Origin: Tubiluchus corallicola | Lineage: Eukaryota > Animalia > Priapulida | Length of the DNA: 64,000 bases | Reading direction: 5' to 3' | Assembly (NCBI GenBank): GCA_030141605.1 | Contig: JAQGDQ010000007.1 | Coordinates: forward strand, 731,173 to 795,172 | Shown: positions 60,701-64,000 of the stretch, piece by piece | Layout of the letters: each line of letters begins with the position of its first letter | Numbering within the stretch: the stretch's first letter is position 1 | Program-made: the position numbers and the translations under genes | The notes under the pieces: generated by a model | The model's input: the letters and a program-made list of their open reading frames with translations, nothing else | Told to the model about the DNA's origin: nothing | The model's database searches: none

Positions 60701-62788
60701 GTTTTCCAAAAATGACAAAGACGCCACCTGCAGCTCGAGGGTAAAAAGATCTGTAATTACAGACGCCACCTGTCAAGACAGGACCCGACAAGTGTTCCAT
60801 TTTTCTTATATCCTAATTCAAATTTTTTGACTTTGTAATTGAAATATATACCAAGCTGTACTTTTTAATGTCACCAGTAGTTTTAGCTTCTGCAGAGCCA
60901 TTTCTGCCTGCAGCCTTTTTTTGCAAACAAAACTAACATCAACGGCTTATATACACTGTGACAGAATTACGAGTGCACTTAGTTTGTTTGCACCTTCACA
61001 GGTATGGATATGCATATGCTCAATCTCCAACTTACGTTTGAAATTTATACAAAGCAAAGCAAAATGTTCATAAGGCTGATTAAAAGACCCCAATCTATAC
61101 TATGCAATTGTTATATCAACAGTTTAATTTTTAAGAAACTAAAATTAAAAACTAACTGATTAACTCCAAAACAACTTAGACAAAAAAATAAAAATTTGAG
61201 ATTGGATGAGCAGATATAATAAAATCATATAAAATTTTGAAATGTAATATTATGCAAAGCAAAACATTCATAAGACCGATTACAAGGACACAGAATACTC
61301 TAAACTATACTACACAATGTATAATATTGACAGTTTAGTTTTTAAGGAACTAAAATTCGAAACTAACTGATTAATTTCAAAACTACTTGGATGAAAAAAT
61401 AAGAATTTGACATACTTACAAAACTATTTGGATATGAAAATAAAAATCTGAGATACTTACAAAACTACTTGGATAAAAAATAAAAATTTGAGATACTTAC
61501 AAAAGTCGTCATTAACGTCATGAACCAGTACGTTAAACGTGTGCACCTTCTGTGTCTCATAGTCGAGTTTGGCATTGTAGTTGAGGTTAATCTGTCCAGT
61601 TGTAGGGTCCACGCTCACAAAGTCATTCTCTTCCTCCATCTGGTAACGATGATTTTCGCTCCGCTGTGGAATCATGCCAATTATACCCGTTTTGTCTTCT
61701 GGAACATCTATGGTGATGGTTGACAGTGTGGTTGCTGCTCGACGGAGACGACTGTGACTGACTTCCACCGAATTGACTATGTCCATGATACGTTGTACGT
61801 GAGCTGGTTGTTGAATTACATTGACTAACACTTGTGCAGGTAGACTGGTCAAAGGTGGATTACCATTGTCTACAGCATAAATGTCTAATCGATGACCGCC
61901 TTCGTTTACACCAGCAGCAACAAAAATACCTCCAGTTCTAGGAGCAACAAAGAAAAATTCATTCTCAGGTTCTAGGTAATACTGAAGTTGTTGGTTTTCA
62001 TCTGCATCTTTGGCAGTGACGGTAATGACTTCCGTCATTGACACGACATCAGTATACAGCGTTGCATTCAACAGCGTCTCCTGGAAGTACGGAGCATTAT
62101 CGTTTTCGTCGAGTACTTTTATAGGAATAATAATTCGCGTCAAATCGGAATGATCTTCGTATTGTGCAATTATAGTCAATTTGTACATGGATCTCGATTC
62201 TCTGTCAATGTCACCATTTACAATCAACGTGGCACCATATTTACCTTGATTATTAATATCTTTTAATTTAAAAGCGTCACCATAGTTTCCAGATGCTATT
62301 TTGTATGTCACTGGCTTTTTACAAGTTTGAGCACAAGCCGTAATAAATGTTAGACCATGCACGGTTTTACCGAGTGGTGCATTTTCCCTGATTTTACCGC
62401 TATAATGGGAAGAGAATCGCAGTAAGTCGTTCGTGTTCAGCACATTGACACGTAGCGTTTCTAAGTGCACATCGGGCAACAAGTCATCAAAAACTTCTAG
62501 AGCTATTGGTTTGTCTATTAGATGTGACACATTTCCTACAGTTATTAAGCTACCATCATGAATTAATTTAAAACTGTTCGAATAACTGTCGCCTTTTAAT
62601 CGCACACCACTGCAGTGCACCCTGTGCACAAAGTATCCTGGTGGTGCATCGTGTGGTACTACCACCATGCGAGGCACGCCAATCATATCCATCATCCCTA
62701 TATGGGAGTTGATGCCGACGGCGAGGAGCAGAAGTACAAAAATGCACTTTAGTACAGTTGATAACGGACAGCATTCAGCAGCTGCCAT
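773..62788 (-). CDS. CadN: Type-III classical cadherin (neural/DN-cadherin-like), 37 coding exons, predicted 2996 aa
   Basis: Phase-consistent GT-AG exon chain totalling 8991 nt. Repeated DxNDNxPxF, LDRE/LDYE and AxDxD motifs, NC domain, EGF and LamG domains, TM helix, and cytoplasmic DEGGGEDD and [10 protein letters not shown]...[13 protein letters not shown] motifs. The symbol is by architecture (CadN-like); orthology was not tested. Confidence 0.95.
1503..2312. mobile_element. Possible decayed pogo-like MITE
   Basis: TA-CAGTAGGCGC start; repeated subterminal motif ttga..caataaa..gactgatt..atta.cc at ~1546 and ~2278; right TIR not intact. Confidence 0.4.
2324..2433 (-). CDS. CadN: Coding exon 36 (beta-catenin-binding region)
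   Basis: Hand translation [31 protein letters not shown]; phase 1-0. Confidence 0.93.
2872..3040 (-). CDS. CadN: Coding exon 35 (p120-binding core, Pro-rich linker)
   Basis: Hand translation [20 protein letters not shown]...; phase 0-1. Confidence 0.93.
3286..3392 (-). CDS. CadN: Coding exon 34 (end of TM, juxtamembrane region)
   Basis: Hand translation [13 protein letters not shown]...[12 protein letters not shown]; phase 1-0. Confidence 0.92.
3929..4170 (-). CDS. CadN: Coding exon 33 (Ca-binding EGF and first part of TM helix)
   Basis: DVDEC...PCLNGGVC...[12 protein letters not shown]...[17 protein letters not shown]; phase 2-1. Confidence 0.92.
4588..4777 (-). CDS. CadN: Coding exon 32 (end of LamG2, EGF)
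   Basis: GCIKDVR...[10 protein letters not shown]; phase 1-2. Confidence 0.92.
5128..5253 (-). CDS. CadN: Coding exon 31 (LamG2)
   Basis: [10 protein letters not shown]...KDFN; phase 1-1. Confidence 0.88.
5322..5588. repeat. 48-bp minisatellite, ~5.5 copies
   Basis: Unit ~gatgatgcagtgacaaatgatcaataacactaatgcattgtttggcaa. Confidence 0.9.
5672..5858 (-). CDS. CadN: Coding exon 30 (LamG2)
   Basis: FRYNLG...ISDGEWH...ERFG...LDGGGGRR; phase 0-1. Confidence 0.92.
7038..7204 (-). CDS. CadN: Coding exon 29 (start of LamG2; absent from ORF track)
   Basis: Hand translation ...[15 protein letters not shown]...YMAVE; phase 1-0. Confidence 0.9.
7650..7824 (-). CDS. CadN: Coding exon 28 (EGF)
   Basis: MYDLGNP...CEHGTC...[12 protein letters not shown]; phase 0-1. 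Confidence 0.92.
7978..8208 (-). CDS. CadN: Coding exon 27 (end of LamG1)
   Basis: [11 protein letters not shown]...FSGCIKN; phase 0-0. Confidence 0.92.
8673..9021 (-). CDS. CadN: Coding exon 26 (end of EGF, LamG1)
   Basis: [12 protein letters not shown]...LLLYNG...LNNGEWH; phase 2-0. Confidence 0.92.
9471..9748 (-). CDS. CadN: Coding exon 25 (Cys-rich/EGF)
   Basis: [14 protein letters not shown]...CGNGGTC; phase 0-2. Confidence 0.92.
10338..10867 (-). CDS. CadN: Coding exon 24 (last cadherin repeat and NC/SEA domain)
   Basis: DADDWD...[10 protein letters not shown]...FAASGSPYY; phase 1-0. Confidence 0.92.
11065..11578. mobile_element. MITE, Tc1/mariner-pogo (Tigger-like)
   Basis: TIR CAGTCATACCTC(C/T)GTTTTCGA at both ends, flanked by TA; ~514 bp; no transposase ORF. 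Confidence 0.85.
11839..12051 (-). CDS. CadN: Coding exon 23
   Basis: FDREKQK...IGDKNDN...IFVYNYK; phase 1-1. Confidence 0.92.
12313..12555 (-). CDS. CadN: Coding exon 22 (absent from ORF track in this frame)
   Basis: Hand translation [20 protein letters not shown]...; phase 1-1. Confidence 0.9.
13039..13178 (-). CDS. CadN: Coding exon 21 (absent from ORF track)
   Basis: Hand translation YEIDHASD...[19 protein letters not shown]; phase 2-1. Confidence 0.92.
14221..14462 (-). CDS. CadN: Coding exon 20
   Basis: GLDYED...DYNDNPPDF...AQDKD; phase 0-2. Confidence 0.92.
14874..15148 (-). CDS. CadN: Coding exon 19
   Basis: [11 protein letters not shown]...SATDKD; phase 1-0. Confidence 0.92.
15705..15929 (-). 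CDS. CadN: Coding exon 18
   Basis: TAVDYD...LDRE...AKDAGG; phase 1-1. Confidence 0.92.
16106..16708 (-). mobile_element. Degenerate pogo-like MITE, copy A
   Basis: CAGTAAAC-type termini. Both ends match 32252-32855 in reverse complement (cgaacacctc...aaatttgtt.gagttat; ccacgagatctg.tc.agat). Confidence 0.7.
16829..17132 (-). CDS. CadN: Coding exon 17
   Basis: VSATDKD...LNRDPP...DINDNDPVF; phase 0-1. Confidence 0.92.
17634..17804 (-). CDS. CadN: Coding exon 16 (absent from ORF track)
   Basis: Hand translation [14 protein letters not shown]...[11 protein letters not shown]...RILD; phase 0-0. Confidence 0.92.
20843..20958 (-). CDS. CadN: Coding exon 15
   Basis: [14 protein letters not shown]...LDYDEGIQ; phase 1-0. 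Confidence 0.92.
23928..23963 (-). CDS. Candidate 36-nt alternative microexon (inserts [12 protein letters not shown])
   Basis: ttggttttctttttggggttag|GGATGG...CACTGCC|gtgagt; phase 1-1, no stop. Confidence 0.6.
24400..24940. repeat. Degenerate T-rich tandem repeat
   Basis: Recurrent gttgtcttg...ttt.tcttg...tttgaatg units. Confidence 0.6.
26189..26332 (-). CDS. CadN: Coding exon 14
   Basis: [11 protein letters not shown]...TAKDNDE; phase 1-1. Confidence 0.92.
27451..27643 (-). CDS. CadN: Coding exon 13
   Basis: Hand translation LTYEIKK...FDREKKQLY...AKDGAPS...PNE; phase 0-1. Confidence 0.92.
27886..28537. mobile_element. MITE-like element (possibly hAT-type)
   Basis: Imperfect TIR AGG(C/G)TGGCAGTACAG.A.GATAC with TACCGTAC-like subterminal repeats; TSD not clear. 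Confidence 0.6.
28707..28892 (-). CDS. CadN: Coding exon 12
   Basis: [11 protein letters not shown]...AEDLD; phase 0-0. Confidence 0.92.
29209..29338 (-). CDS. CadN: Coding exon 11 (absent from ORF track)
   Basis: Hand translation DKNSNHDF...[18 protein letters not shown]; phase 2-0. Confidence 0.9.
29632..29882 (-). CDS. CadN: Coding exon 10
   Basis: ATDKGVPP...ISENKPIG; phase 0-2. Confidence 0.9.
30530..30744 (-). CDS. CadN: Coding exon 9
   Basis: DENDNEPKF...[10 protein letters not shown]; phase 1-0. Confidence 0.92.
31119..31350 (-). CDS. CadN: Coding exon 8 (absent from ORF track)
   Basis: Hand translation [16 protein letters not shown]...PFDREE...CTFTVRIT; phase 0-1. Confidence 0.92.
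31740..31940 (-). mobile_element. tRNA-derived SINE-like fragment
   Basis: Minus strand gTAGCCTAGTGGtagagc (A box) ... GGTTCAATAC (B box). No clean cloverleaf; 3' extent uncertain. Confidence 0.55.
32252..32855 (+). mobile_element. Degenerate pogo-like MITE, copy B
   Basis: Starts CAGTAAAC, ends GTTTACCAG; homologous to 16106-16708. Confidence 0.7.
33591..33987 (-). CDS. CadN: Coding exon 7
   Basis: AIDPDGD...DDGSCC...DVNNNKPVF; phase 2-0. Confidence 0.92.
35485..35526 (+). repeat. Degenerate (TTAGGG)7 tract
   Basis: ttaggg taaggg ttaggg ctaggg tcaagg ttagga ttaggg. Confidence 0.75.
35603..35843 (-). CDS. CadN: Coding exon 6
   Basis: VTATDAD...LDYE...NQNDEAP; phase 1-2. Confidence 0.92.
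37448..37559 (-). CDS. CadN: Coding exon 5
   Basis: [15 protein letters not shown]...VDENLPVG; phase 0-1. Confidence 0.92.
38240..38392. repeat. AT-rich inverted repeat (~65-bp arms)
   Basis: ttattaaaacaacacaacttttattaaaactt mirrored by aagttttaataaaagttgtgttgttttaataa. Confidence 0.85.
41615..41834 (-). CDS. CadN: Coding exon 4
   Basis: VTKVKA...KKLDFDD...; phase 2-0. Confidence 0.9.
42872..42895 (-). CDS. Candidate 24-nt alternative microexon (inserts NNVQLSSS)
   Basis: actaac-tgc-tgtcattgtttttcag|CAACAACGTGCAACTTTCCTCGAG|gtaagt; phase 2-2, no stop. Confidence 0.65.
43963..44224 (-). CDS. CadN: Coding exon 3
   Basis: AFEVDEYNG...VGDRPPQF...VPENAP; gtaag donor; phase 1-2. Confidence 0.9.
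46236..46427 (-). CDS. CadN: Coding exon 2 (cadherin repeat)
   Basis: ttgcag acceptor, [11 protein letters not shown]...KATDAD, gtatg donor; phase 1-1. Confidence 0.92.
   Translation of the reverse strand, partial: SSKFNPLSSMSEMSTTRSPCSSTHRDHFRPSSVQMRHRGSWCMSSKPRTRTKMRTSDIRLSWI
46953..47050. repeat. (AAGT)n microsatellite, ~24 copies
   Basis: Perfect tetranucleotide run. Confidence 0.97.
48978..49036. other. Compact hairpin, ~21-24-bp stem with 11-nt loop
   Basis: ttatgtagcgtccggaatgcg / cgcattccggatgctacataa. Confidence 0.8.
49117..49593. mobile_element. Foldback/MITE with long (~130-160 bp) terminal inverted repeats
   Basis: acaaattgcaatagaatttttct.ttcagattctgttagaa...ggtgccctca...caagatggcgc is mirrored at 49434-49565; outer gggtaaagata/tatctttaccc. 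Confidence 0.85.
50496..50671. repeat. Tandem repeat, 3 copies of ~53-62 bp
   Basis: tgtacacttaggaagt...acttaaaccac...aaacggttggaatacgacattag. Confidence 0.9.
51652..51711. repeat. (CT)n microsatellite
   Basis: Near-perfect dinucleotide run. Confidence 0.95.
53002..53120. repeat. ~58-bp tandem duplication
   Basis: taaacc.tttact.acataaagc.aaaaaaat...attttgtgtcacc.aca, two copies. Confidence 0.85.
54423..54590. repeat. Diverged GC-rich ~39-bp tandem repeat, ~4.5 copies
   Basis: gatgcgcca...atccgcctacacc recurring at ~38-39-bp spacing. Confidence 0.7.
59228..59378. repeat. ~37-bp minisatellite, ~4 copies
   Basis: aagcagaacctgtagcaggcaagcagctagattata. Confidence 0.88.
61054..61410. repeat. 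Diverged ~150-200-bp tandem duplication
   Basis: gcaaagcaaaa..ttcataag...aactaactgattaa at ~61054-61200 and ~61254-61410. Confidence 0.75.
61379..61500. repeat. ~40-bp tandem triplication containing the exon-1 donor site
   Basis: aaaactacttggataaaaaataaaaatttgagatacttac, three copies. Confidence 0.88.
61501..62788 (-). CDS. CadN: Coding exon 1: signal peptide, ~3 cadherin repeats, RLRR site, start of next repeat
   Basis: 447-aa ORF: MAAAECC...[32 protein letters not shown]. Acceptor tttcag just upstream (exon begins 62835); donor T|gtaagt, phase 1. Confidence 0.92.
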
Positions 62789-63008
62789 TGCTCTTATCAC
62801 AGCTACACTACAGCAACCGCTTCTACTATAGAAGCCTGAAAGTAAAAATTAATATTTACCAGATAACATAAATGATATTAAAGCTATAGTAATTAGGTAG
62901 CTCTACATAAAATTAGAAGTCCAAAATTAGAATCAGAATTAAAACTTAATGTTCAGTCACTACAAATCTTTAAACTTTATGAAGATGTTTTGCAACCTAA
63001 ACAACACT

Positions 63009-63722
63009 GCGCTATTACACTTTCGCACCGCCTAGCTTTTCCTGGCCTATTGGTAGTTTTCACGCCTGCAGGCCAGAAAGCAGACCAACAGGCGTAATAT
63101 ACACCATATTCCCATAATATTATAGGTTCTTAGGCTTTATAATACCAGATTAAAATCATACATTACTTACTGCCGCCATTACGCAAAAAACTCCACGCGA
63201 ATAACCGTGTTTACACCACTAATGCGCAATCGCTCTCGCGCAGTGACGATGTGGCCCTTAACCTGTATTTTTAGTTTCTTCGCATAATTTATGATTATTA
63301 GGGTTGCAGCCACGGGACCAAGCTGGCATATACGAGGAAATTATTTTAGACGACTACAGTTATTTATCATTAATTTTATTTATTACTGTAGTATTATTAC
63401 TATTAGATTATAAAAAAAGTAAATGTTTTTTCTTTATTTCGTAAATGCGGTGAAGATGAAAGTGTGTCACGTGCTTTTAAGCTAGGCCCTGATAATGCAT
63501 AAACTAGTACGAAATTCGTCACGTGACTACACACACAAACAAGATGGCGATACTGTGTAAAACTGTGAATACAGCGTAATTATACCTAAATATATTATTA
63601 AATTACAATTAGATTAGCGGAAACATTCACTGATGACGTAAAAATAATAGAATGATGACTTACGAGCCTAAAAACGAGTAATAACCTAGAAAAAGCTAGG
63701 CGATGTGAAAGTGTAATAGCGC
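63009..63722. mobile_element. MITE-like element with ~43-bp TIRs upstream of first coding exon
   Basis: GCGCTATTACACTTTC(G/A)CA(C/T)CGCCTAGCTTTT inverted at both ends. Confidence 0.8.
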
Positions 63723-64000
63723 CCAAAAGACCTGCCGCTCATATTGCCGATTTTAATCAAAGAAAAACAACTGATAATTAATACTAGACAATAAACTGGC
63801 GTTCGAGATCAGTATCAAGTATTTGGCAACATAAACAAGAATGTCAAATATCAAACAATAATTAGTTTACATATGAATCAACTTAACTCCCTCCCCCAAG
63901 TTTCATGAAACCTAAATCATTGTTTTCTTAATTAGTAGCGTAGTACGCTACGCATAATCAAAATAAACAATCGAAAGTGATAACAGTCGTAGCAGTTTAA

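Overview
AT-rich eukaryotic (invertebrate animal) genomic DNA. Almost the whole window is one minus-strand gene: a type-III (DN-cadherin/CadN-like) classical cadherin. I traced 37 coding exons by hand from ATG 62788 to TAA 773. All have GT-AG boundaries and matching phases, and they sum to 8991 nt (2996 aa). Domain order: signal peptide, ~3 cadherin repeats, RLRR furin-type site, ~16 further cadherin repeats, NC/SEA domain with GSPYY, EGF/LamG/EGF/LamG/EGF, transmembrane helix, and p120- and beta-catenin-binding tail. Introns hold MITE-like inverted-repeat elements, a tRNA-derived SINE-like head, mini- and microsatellites and hairpins. The most notable signal is a set of frame-preserving candidate microexons and cassette exons in the largest introns: 24 nt at 42872-42895, 36 nt with a Cys pair at 23928-23963, and weaker 3-nt, 24/37-nt and 189-nt candidates. 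These suggest the ectodomain is diversified by loop insertions rather than by the duplicated mutually exclusive exons known from insect CadN. All splice models are predictions from sequence only.
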